This document shows positions 8,888 through 17,038 of a DNA stretch of 64,000 nt, in pieces. Within the stretch, counting starts at the first letter, position 1, and the number at the start of each line of letters is the position of its first letter. The DNA lies in contig OY782041.1 of assembly GCA_963677595.1 (NCBI GenBank), positions 2,208,001 through 2,272,000 on the forward strand, read 5' to 3'. This DNA is from Spirochaetia bacterium (GTDB lineage Bacteria; Spirochaetota; Spirochaetia; CAKZLE01). The translations under genes were made by a program, and so were the position numbers. A model generated the notes under the pieces. It worked only from the letters and a program-made list of their open reading frames with translations, had not been told where the DNA came from and did not search any database.

Positions 8888-9955
8888 ATGACAGATAACG
8901 AAAGAAAAATCAAACCGGAAGAACTGGAAGGATATCTTTCAGAACTCTTTGCAGCAGCAGGGATGAGCAGAGCTGATGCAGCATTCAGCGCATCCTGTAT
9001 GGTCAGGACGAACCTCTGGGGAGTAGATTCTCACGGTGTGCTCAGGATGCCGATCTACCTGCAGAGGGTGCTCGGCAGGGTGATCAACCCTGAACCGGAA
9101 ATTACTGAGGTATCAGAGCTGCCTGGTCCGATGGCCCTGCTCGACGGTGATGCCGGCATGGGGTATGTCGTAGGGAAAGCAGGTATGGGTCTTGCCATCG
9201 AGAAGGCGAAAGAGTACGGGATCGGGATGGTCCTGGTACGGAACAGCAACCATTTCGGTGCAGCGGCACTGTATGCACGACAGGCAGTGGAAGCAGGGAT
9301 GATCGGTATCTCGACGACCAATGTGATCCCGAATATCGGGATGAAGGGGAATGCGAAGCCCTCAACAGGAAACAACCCGATTGCTATGGCAGCGCCATTG
9401 GAAGAAGCCTTCCCGTTCGTGCTTGATATCTCACTGTCTGCCGTAGCCGGGGGGAAACTCCTGCTGGCGGCGAAGAAGGGAGAGAAGATCCCGAAGGACT
9501 GGGCTGTCACGAAAGAGGGGAAGGAGACTGATGACCCGACACTCGGGTTTGCGGGATTCCTGCTGCCGGTAGGGTTGCATAAGGGGTTCGGACTCTCCCT
9601 GTTCGTTGACCTGATTACCGGAGTCCTGAGCGGCGGACCGTATCTGCATGGACTCAAGAGCATGTACAAGCATCCGGATGATCCATCTCTGACCTCTCAT
9701 CTGTTCATTGCCATCAACCCTGATGTTTTCCTCACAAAAGAGGAGTATGCGGAACGGGTGAAGGACTGGGCCTCCCAGGTGCATGCGACCGAGATGATTG
9801 ATCCGTCGATGAAGCAGGTGATACCGGGGGAGATCGAATATCGGAAGGAACAGGAACGAAAGGAATCAGGGATACCGGTACCGGCTGAACTGATCAGGGA
9901 CCTCGCAGCATACAGCGAACGGCTCAATGTGAAGATGCCGGCTGTACTGCAGTAG
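8888..9955 (+). CDS. Ldh_2 family oxidoreductase (ComC/AllD/DlgD-like)
   Basis: GVDSHGV, RNSNHFGAA, GNNPIA, HKGFGL, IPGE. Confidence 0.92.
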   Translation: MTDNERKIKPEELEGYLSELFAAAGMSRADAAFSASCMVRTNLWGVDSHGVLRMPIYLQRVLGRVINPEPEITEVSELPGPMALLDGDAGMGYVVGKAGMGLAIEKAKEYGIGMVLVRNSNHFGAAALYARQAVEAGMIGISTTNVIPNIGMKGNAKPSTGNNPIAMAAPLEEAFPFVLDISLSAVAGGKLLLAAKKGEKIPKDWAVTKEGKETDDPTLGFAGFLLPVGLHKGFGLSLFVDLITGVLSGGPYLHGLKSMYKHPDDPSLTSHLFIAINPDVFLTKEEYAERVKDWASQVHATEMIDPSMKQVIPGEIEYRKEQERKESGIPVPAELIRDLAAYSERLNVKMPAVLQ

Positions 9956-9976
9956 ATTGAGAGAAGGAAGAGAGTT

Positions 9977-10810
9977 ATGAAACTGAAGAACAAAGTAGCG
10001 GTAATCACCGGCGGTACGAAAGGTATCGGGTTAGGCATCGCTATCGAGTTCGCGAAGGAGGGAGCGTTAGTCGTGATCGGCGGGCGCAACCCCCAGACCG
10101 GGGAAGAGGGACTGCAGGAGCTCCTCGCGCTCGGAGGCGAAGCGATGTACGTTCCCTGTGATGTCGGGGACTTGACCAGCCTGCAGTATATCATAGACAG
10201 GACCGTGGAGCGGTTCGGGAAGATCGACATTTACGTCTCCAATGCCGGGATCAACGATTCACAGAAGACACGGTATCTGGATATCACGCCGGAACAGTAC
10301 GACCGGATCATGGACGTCAACCTCAGGGGGATGTTCTTCGGGGACCAGTATGCGGCGCGTGAGATGGTGAAGCAGGGATGCGGCGGAGCGATCATCAACA
10401 TGTCATCGGTCAATGCCTATCTGGCACTGAATTCGCAGATGGTCTACACGACGAGCAAGGGCGGCGTGCAGCAGCTGACGAAGGTTCAGGCGGTGGACCT
10501 GGCTCCCTACGGGATCAAGGTGAACGCGATGGCACCGGGACCGATCGAGACCGATCTCATGAGACGGGTAGGGTCGGACAAGCAGCTGATGAACACGATT
10601 CTCTCGAGGACCCCGTTGGGGCGTATCGGGACGCCGAAAGAGTGCGGGAGACTGGCGGTCTTCCTCGCCTGCGAGGACTCGGACTTCATCATGGGGCAGT
10701 CGATCTACAATGACGGCGGCCGGGGCTTCCAGGCATTCCCTGTTCCCGGATACAAGACCGTGACTGATGAAGAGTATGAACAGCTTCAGAATATGAAGGA
10801 GAAGAACTGA
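9977..10810 (+). CDS. SDR-family oxidoreductase
   Basis: TGGTKGIG, NAG, YTTSK catalytic motif, APGPIET. Confidence 0.93.
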   Translation: MKLKNKVAVITGGTKGIGLGIAIEFAKEGALVVIGGRNPQTGEEGLQELLALGGEAMYVPCDVGDLTSLQYIIDRTVERFGKIDIYVSNAGINDSQKTRYLDITPEQYDRIMDVNLRGMFFGDQYAAREMVKQGCGGAIINMSSVNAYLALNSQMVYTTSKGGVQQLTKVQAVDLAPYGIKVNAMAPGPIETDLMRRVGSDKQLMNTILSRTPLGRIGTPKECGRLAVFLACEDSDFIMGQSIYNDGGRGFQAFPVPGYKTVTDEEYEQLQNMKEKN

Positions 10811-12228
10811 TGAGTAACCCCAAAGTAGGATTCATCACCTTTGGTGACCACAGACCAGATATGTGGGAGAAGGTTTTCTCTCATAAAACGATCCCTCTCC
10901 ATGCAGAGGCGATCGAGACGTTAAACAAGCTTCCGATCGAATTGGTAGTTGCATCTGAGATCGCCAGGACACGAGAACAGATCAATGAAGCAGTAGATGA
11001 GCTGAAAGCTCAGCATGTAGAAGTATTAATAGCCCATATTCCGTGTTGGACATCTCCGAACCTGATCGTCCATGGTGTCCAGCGGCTGGGGCTTTTTACC
11101 ATATGTCTCGGGAACACTGATCCTGGGACCCATGGCTGTGTAGGCCTATTGGGTGCCTCAGGTGCTTTGGCGCAGATTGATTATCCTCATAAGAATATAC
11201 GCGATGCATATGATGCGGCAGCCTATGAGAAGAAGCTGCTTCCTCTGATCAGGGCAGCGGCAGTGAAAGAGCAACTCAAGGGATCGGTCTTCGGGCTTTT
11301 CGGTGGTCGTTCGATCGGGATTGATACCGGTCTCTTTGACCCGATGCAGTGGAGAAGCCAGTTCGGTATCGATACGGAGCATCTTGCCCAGATCGAAATA
11401 ATACGGCTTGCAGAGAAGATGCCCCAAGAGCGTATTGATACGTTACGGACCTGGATGGAGGATAATGCCCTGGCTGTCGATTACAATGATGACAAGTTCA
11501 CCAAGGCGAAATTCGATTTCCAGCTTGCATGCTATCTGGCGACCAAGGATCTGGTCAGGGATTACGGTATGGACTTCATCGCGATCAAGTGTATGCATGA
11601 ACTCTCAAACTCCTATGTCCCACAGTGTATGACGCAGGCGCTGCTTGCCAACCATGAGGATGCTGAAGGAAGGAAGGAGACTACGCCTATTGCCTGTGAG
11701 GCAGATGCTGACGGTGCATTGACACAGCAGATACTTAAAATCCTATCAGGCGGGAAGCCGACATTTTTCGCTGATGTCAGTCATATCGATGCGGAGAGGG
11801 AGATGGTCTACTGCGTGAACTGCGGGGCGATCTGTGTCTACTATGCCGGAAGGAATGAAGATACAAAAGAGAATCTCAAACAGATCAGGTTCAAACAGTC
11901 AGTTCGTCCTGCAGGCGGGGGGATCACCTATTTCAATGCATCTCCGGGGCCTATGCAGCTTGCTCGATTGTATCGAAAAGGCGGGAAGTACAAGATGGCG
12001 ATCATCCCCTGCAATTCGGAGACTCCGACGCAGGAGATGGTTGATGAATTCGTGGAAGCACGGGGACCGCATCAGCTGCCGACGCTTTTTGCGAAGGTCA
12101 GTTTTGACCTTGACCGTTTCATCAATGAATATGGTTCAAACCATATCTCCGGTGTTGTCGGGAATTACCTTCCAGAACTCCTGGAAGTCTGTGATCTGCT
12201 TGATATCGAAGCAGAAGTATTCGTTTAA
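10810..12228 (+). CDS. L-fucose/L-arabinose isomerase-family protein
   Basis: FGGRSIG, CEADADG, FFAD, NCG, YGSNH metal-ligand motifs. Confidence 0.82.
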   Translation: MSNPKVGFITFGDHRPDMWEKVFSHKTIPLHAEAIETLNKLPIELVVASEIARTREQINEAVDELKAQHVEVLIAHIPCWTSPNLIVHGVQRLGLFTICLGNTDPGTHGCVGLLGASGALAQIDYPHKNIRDAYDAAAYEKKLLPLIRAAAVKEQLKGSVFGLFGGRSIGIDTGLFDPMQWRSQFGIDTEHLAQIEIIRLAEKMPQERIDTLRTWMEDNALAVDYNDDKFTKAKFDFQLACYLATKDLVRDYGMDFIAIKCMHELSNSYVPQCMTQALLANHEDAEGRKETTPIACEADADGALTQQILKILSGGKPTFFADVSHIDAEREMVYCVNCGAICVYYAGRNEDTKENLKQIRFKQSVRPAGGGITYFNASPGPMQLARLYRKGGKYKMAIIPCNSETPTQEMVDEFVEARGPHQLPTLFAKVSFDLDRFINEYGSNHISGVVGNYLPELLEVCDLLDIEAEVFV

Positions 12229-12252
12229 GCGATATACGAAGAGGATAATAAG

Positions 12253-13032
12253 ATGATAGAGAAAAACAGAAACTGGGTACGAGCTGCCCTGCAAGAAGGA
12301 AAGAAGATTTCAGGGGCATGGCTGCAGTCAGGGAGCCCGATAACCGCCGAGATCATGGCTGAAGCTGGCTATGATGCGCTTATGGTAGACCTGGAGCATG
12401 GTCCCGGGGATATCATGTCAACAATCCTGCAGATCCACGCAATGAAGGGGGAGATTGCAGTTCCCTTCTCACGGGCACCATGGAATGACTTCGTACAGAT
12501 CAAGCGGATACTTGATGCCGGAGTCTATGGTCTTCTTGTCCCATATGTAAACACGAAGGAAGAAGTGGAAGCAGCGGTATCTGCTGTATCCTATCCGAAA
12601 GAGGGTATCAGAGGTGTTGCCGGTTCTCCACGGGCAGCTCATTACGGGAACAAGTCTATGGAGTATCTCTCAACTGCGAATGATGAAGTGTACCTCATGA
12701 CAGCTGTCGAGACACCGGACGCAGTTGCCAATCTTGATGCGATCCTGACCGTTGACCGACTTGATGGGATCTTCATCGGTCCGATGGATCTGGCTACCAA
12801 TATGGGACACTTCGGAAACCCGAAGCATCCGGAAGTCCAGGCAGCCATCAAGACTGTGGAAGAGAAGGTGTTTGCTGCAGGGAAAGTCCTCTCAACGGTT
12901 GCGGGAACCTGGGAAGATGCAAAGGCAAAATATGATAAAGGGTACCAGATGGTATTCTTCTTCTCTGATACGACTGCTCTTGGAGCTGCCGCTAGAACCA
13001 GGCTTGCAGAGTTCAAGTCGTATATAGAATAA
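12253..13032 (+). CDS. HpcH/HpaI-family (GarL/RhmA-like) pyruvate aldolase
   Basis: VDLEHGP, IKRILDAG, GIRG, VET, FIGPMDL. Confidence 0.92.
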   Translation: MIEKNRNWVRAALQEGKKISGAWLQSGSPITAEIMAEAGYDALMVDLEHGPGDIMSTILQIHAMKGEIAVPFSRAPWNDFVQIKRILDAGVYGLLVPYVNTKEEVEAAVSAVSYPKEGIRGVAGSPRAAHYGNKSMEYLSTANDEVYLMTAVETPDAVANLDAILTVDRLDGIFIGPMDLATNMGHFGNPKHPEVQAAIKTVEEKVFAAGKVLSTVAGTWEDAKAKYDKGYQMVFFFSDTTALGAAARTRLAEFKSYIE

Positions 13033-13067
13033 GTAAAGAAACTAATTACCTAGAGGTTTGGTGCGAT

Positions 13068-13259
13068 ATGGATATTCCAGAATATCAAGTGAGTACCTGG
13101 GAAAAAGTAGATCAGTATAACAGGCAGTATCCAAGACAACCTTTGGATACATTGAATTTACATCCGTATCTCAAAGAGGATACTCTTGTTCGATGTCTTA
13201 ATGAGGCGTTAATGAATACTAGACCTATCAGTTTTGATGATTATCGAGTGTATAGATAA
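13068..13259 (+). CDS. Small hypothetical protein (63 aa)
   Basis: ATG with GAGGT RBS, directly after the operon; no family recognised. Confidence 0.45.
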   Translation: MDIPEYQVSTWEKVDQYNRQYPRQPLDTLNLHPYLKEDTLVRCLNEALMNTRPISFDDYRVYR

Positions 13260-13437
13260 AAGGGATTGCAGGAAAATTCTTGATGGTAATCCAGGGATGA
13301 GAGCTCTCGAGATCATGGATGTTCGAATCTTCTTTCGGGCATCTTTGTGAGATGAAATTGATACAATGGTTATGAAATTATTACAGAGACGTTCCTGATC
13401 AATCAGTGGTGAGCGTACATTATTGGAGGTGCATACA

Positions 13438-14481
13438 ATGTCAACATTACGAGAGAGGAATTTTCGACGTCTTAAGCAGAGTATAGCTGGAGAGAAATCA
13501 GATAAACATGCAGTTTTTCATTACTACACCTATCCCTTCTTTCAGTCGATGACGGGAGTGGACCTGGATGATTTCTTTCATAATCCAGAGGTTACTCTGA
13601 AATGCGAAATTGAGACCTTTGAACAGATCGAGGGGATAGGGAATCCCCTCCCCGATATGGGCTCTGTGCCAGTTGCCAGTGGACTGGGTGGAGTGGTGAA
13701 ATTCGATGATGCTGGTTTTATATCAGTGCATCCGAATCCTGATATCGCTTCTGCCGAATCGGTAGAGGATCTGAAATGGCTTGAACCGGGTGACCCCTAT
13801 GGTGACAATTATATGGGTAAGGCTCTGGAGTCTCTCCAGTATATGGTAGATAACTGTCCTGAAGATTACCAGATCAACCCCCACCCCATACAGGGAGCAT
13901 ATACCACCGGAGCGAACATTCGGGGGATCAGTGAGTTTTGTATTGATACGCTCATTCAGCCTGAATTCGTAAGAAGGATCCTCGATGTTGTTGTTAAAAC
14001 TCAAATCCGTTTCCTCAAGGCTCAGGAGAAGGTCCTTGGTTCTCTGTCACATATCCTGGTTGGTGATGACCTTTCTGCCTTCCTGAGTGAACCGGTATAC
14101 AGGGAGTTCATACTGCCTACCTACTCAGCACTGTTCAAGGCGTTCCCTGACACGCCATTCTGGCTCCACAATGATTCGACTGCAAGACACGTAGCACCGG
14201 CTATTGGGGATTCCGGGATGAAGGCATGGCATTATCATCCAGATATCGCTCCTCAGGATGCTTTGGAATTGACTGGAGGCAGAGTGACTCTCTTAGGAGG
14301 ATTGAGTCCGCTAGATCTGCAAAAATGGACTGCCGAGGAGACCTATGATAAAAGTATTGAGGTGCTGAAATCCTTCGGCGGGAATAGCAAGTTCGTTCTG
14401 GCTGCCGGTGGATCGGTGAATCAGGTGCCGGTTGAGAATATCATGGCCATGTTCAGAGCTGCAGATGATTTTGAGATCTAG
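13438..14481 (+). CDS. Uroporphyrinogen decarboxylase/MtaA-like family protein
   Basis: GAYTTGANIRG, VGDD...LS...YREFILP, LLGGLSP, FVLAAG...VPVENI; GGAGGT RBS before ATG 13438. Confidence 0.8.
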   Translation: MSTLRERNFRRLKQSIAGEKSDKHAVFHYYTYPFFQSMTGVDLDDFFHNPEVTLKCEIETFEQIEGIGNPLPDMGSVPVASGLGGVVKFDDAGFISVHPNPDIASAESVEDLKWLEPGDPYGDNYMGKALESLQYMVDNCPEDYQINPHPIQGAYTTGANIRGISEFCIDTLIQPEFVRRILDVVVKTQIRFLKAQEKVLGSLSHILVGDDLSAFLSEPVYREFILPTYSALFKAFPDTPFWLHNDSTARHVAPAIGDSGMKAWHYHPDIAPQDALELTGGRVTLLGGLSPLDLQKWTAEETYDKSIEVLKSFGGNSKFVLAAGGSVNQVPVENIMAMFRAADDFEI

Positions 14482-14803
14482 CAATCCTCTAAACTGATCT
14501 GAAAAGTAAGTATTGGCTTGCTTGAAACACGCCAGGATTTATCTATATCAAAATCATTCATGAGACAGAAATAAGCTCCAGTTACTTTGGTAATGGGAGC
14601 TCATCTCAATTCTTGCTACTCGTGAGAAAGGGGAAAAATACTGCAAAATCATTGTTGGTTATATGGTGGAACTGAGTGAGGTTGTTCTGGTAGAACACCC
14701 GGTAGGCGCTGAGATCATAATAAGCACCTGGAATAAATAAGTATCGGATTCCTGAGAAACTTCAAAGGTTCCGACGGGAATCCTTACTGTACAAGGAATA
14801 CGA

Positions 14804-15406
14804 ATGGAACTTAAAGAGTTGAAGAAACAGGTACTCGAGGTCTGCAAGAAACTGCCTGAATACCAGCTTGTGACGGGAACCGCTGGGAATGTCAGTGCCC
14901 GTGATCCTGAGACAGGACTCGTGGCGATCAAACCCAGTGGGGTACCCTATCAGACTATGGATATCGATGACATCGTGGTACTTGACTTGAACGGTGTGAT
15001 CATTGAGCAGAAAGCCGGAAGGAAATCCAGTTTCGAAACCCCCACCCATCTGGAGATCTACAGACGATACCCCGAGATAAACGGCGTGATCCATACACAT
15101 GCAAGATATGTCAATATTCTCAGTGCCGTAAAGGATTCGATCCCATGCGGGACTACGCCTACAGGCAGGCGTTTGCTGAAAGAGGATATTGTCGTCATTG
15201 GGTTCATCAATAATGGAACTCAGGAAATGGCAGATACGGTAGCCCCCGCTCTTGATGGTAAAACTGCTGTGGCAATTCAGAATCATGGTCCGTTTACCGT
15301 TGGTGAAACGGTACAGTTAGCCCTGGAACGGGCAGTCGCTCTTGAAGATACCAGTCAGATCTACTATATGGCATCCCTCCTGGGTACTCCTTCGCTCATC
15401 TGCTAG
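14804..15406 (+). CDS. Class II aldolase/adducin family (fuculose-1-P aldolase or ribulose-5-P 4-epimerase-like)
   Basis: GNVSARD, IKPSG, SSFETPTH, IHTH, NHG zinc ligands. Confidence 0.88.
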   Translation: MELKELKKQVLEVCKKLPEYQLVTGTAGNVSARDPETGLVAIKPSGVPYQTMDIDDIVVLDLNGVIIEQKAGRKSSFETPTHLEIYRRYPEINGVIHTHARYVNILSAVKDSIPCGTTPTGRRLLKEDIVVIGFINNGTQEMADTVAPALDGKTAVAIQNHGPFTVGETVQLALERAVALEDTSQIYYMASLLGTPSLIC

Positions 15407-15431
15407 CTATAGAGGGGATATGGGATAGATC

Positions 15432-16946
15432 ATGAAGCATGTACAGAATTATTTAGCAGTTGATATAGGAGGATCGGGAGGCCGCTGTGTGGCAGGCAGA
15501 TTTGACGGAAACACACTGTCGCTTGAAAATCTTGGATCATTCCCCAATGATTACGTTCGTCTAGCAGGTGTCTTTTACAGCAGTTTTCTGCAATTAATGT
15601 CCGGTGTACAGGAGGGGATGCGAAAAGCCTCCAGTATCTATGGCCCTGATTTTGCTGGTATCGGAATAGACAGCATGGGGGTAAGCTTCGGTACGCTTGA
15701 TCAGAATGGTCATCTTCTTTCAAATCCACTGTATACCCGCACTCCCCAGGAAAAAGAAATTGTCAGTGCGATATTCGATAGTGTCGGCAGGGAAGAACTG
15801 TATGGTATTACAGGCCTGCAGCTCACCAAGCTGAACTCTCTCTATCATCTGATGCGATTACTACGGATGGATTCCCCTGTCATACGTAATGCCCGTACAT
15901 TCATGATGATGCCTGATCTGATCAACTATTTTCTTACTGGCAGGATTACCTCTGAATATACCATATCCACTACATCCCATCTGATGAATGCAGCATCAAT
16001 GACATGGGATGCTGGTCTGATTGAGCGACTGGGCCTGGATCCCGATATATTCCCTGCGATATGCCCTGCTGGATCTGTTGTTGGTAAGCTCAAAACCTCT
16101 CTTTCTGAAGAAAGCGGTCTGGCTCGAGTGCCGGTCATTTCCACCGCATCCCATGATACGGCTGCCGCTCTTGCTTTTGTCCCTTCACAGGGGGGGAGGT
16201 CTGTATACATCAGTTCAGGCACCTGGGGAATGATGGGGGTGGATCAGGAATCTCCGATCATCTGCGGCGAAGGAATGAAAGAGAACTTTGCCAATGAAGG
16301 GGGTGCCTTCGGTAATATACGGTATATCCATAACTCCCTGAATCTCTGGATCCTGAAAGAGTGTCGTATTCACTGGGAAGGAGAGGGACTTGAGATGACT
16401 TGGGATGAACTTTCCGTGGCTGCTGAGAAGGCCCCACCGTTTCAGTCGTTCATCGATCCAGGTGACCCCGTATTTCTCCTGAGTCGGGATATGCCTGATA
16501 CTATCAGAGCCTGGTGTCACCGGACTGGACAGAAGGTCCCTGGATCAGTAGGGGAGATCGTCCGCTGCATATATGAGAGTCTGGCACTGAAGTTTCGTTA
16601 CACCTATGATTCCCTCTGCTCCATCCTGGACTGGAAACCCGAATCACTGAACATTGTCGGAGGAGGAGGAAAGGATCCTCTGTTAAGTCAGATGACTGCC
16701 AATGCCGTGGGTATCCCGGTTGTGTGTGGACCCTATGATGCGACCGCCATGGGGAATATCCTGATGCAGATGATAGCCAAAGGTGAGATTTCCAACCGGG
16801 ATGAAGGTCTGGAGATCCTTATGAGGTCCTGTGTCTTGAAAAACTATGAACCGATAAACCGGGACAGGTGGGAAGATACGTTTGCTGAATATAAAAGAAT
16901 GATCAGTCAGAGAAAGATAGAGGAGGAAGATAGGATTGTAGATTGA
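15432..16946 (+). CDS. rhaB: Rhamnulokinase-like FGGY carbohydrate kinase
   Basis: LAVDIGGSGGR, SHDTAAA, YISSGTWG, FANEGG, ESLALK, IVGGG. Confidence 0.82.
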   Translation: MKHVQNYLAVDIGGSGGRCVAGRFDGNTLSLENLGSFPNDYVRLAGVFYSSFLQLMSGVQEGMRKASSIYGPDFAGIGIDSMGVSFGTLDQNGHLLSNPLYTRTPQEKEIVSAIFDSVGREELYGITGLQLTKLNSLYHLMRLLRMDSPVIRNARTFMMMPDLINYFLTGRITSEYTISTTSHLMNAASMTWDAGLIERLGLDPDIFPAICPAGSVVGKLKTSLSEESGLARVPVISTASHDTAAALAFVPSQGGRSVYISSGTWGMMGVDQESPIICGEGMKENFANEGGAFGNIRYIHNSLNLWILKECRIHWEGEGLEMTWDELSVAAEKAPPFQSFIDPGDPVFLLSRDMPDTIRAWCHRTGQKVPGSVGEIVRCIYESLALKFRYTYDSLCSILDWKPESLNIVGGGGKDPLLSQMTANAVGIPVVCGPYDATAMGNILMQMIAKGEISNRDEGLEILMRSCVLKNYEPINRDRWEDTFAEYKRMISQRKIEEEDRIVD

Positions 16947-17038
16947 TGGGAATAGGCAGTTACACAGTTAACTTTCCAGACTCAATCCTGCGCTTCTTGG
17001 TGGATTTCCGATACATTCAATTCTGCAGAATCTGCCTC

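Noticed and set aside
14482-14800. Possible riboswitch/ncRNA in this long intergenic region (also 25150-25330 and 30700-30960)
   Set aside because: No recognisable cobalamin, Moco/Wco, SAM, TPP or T-box consensus by eye; an Rfam scan would be needed
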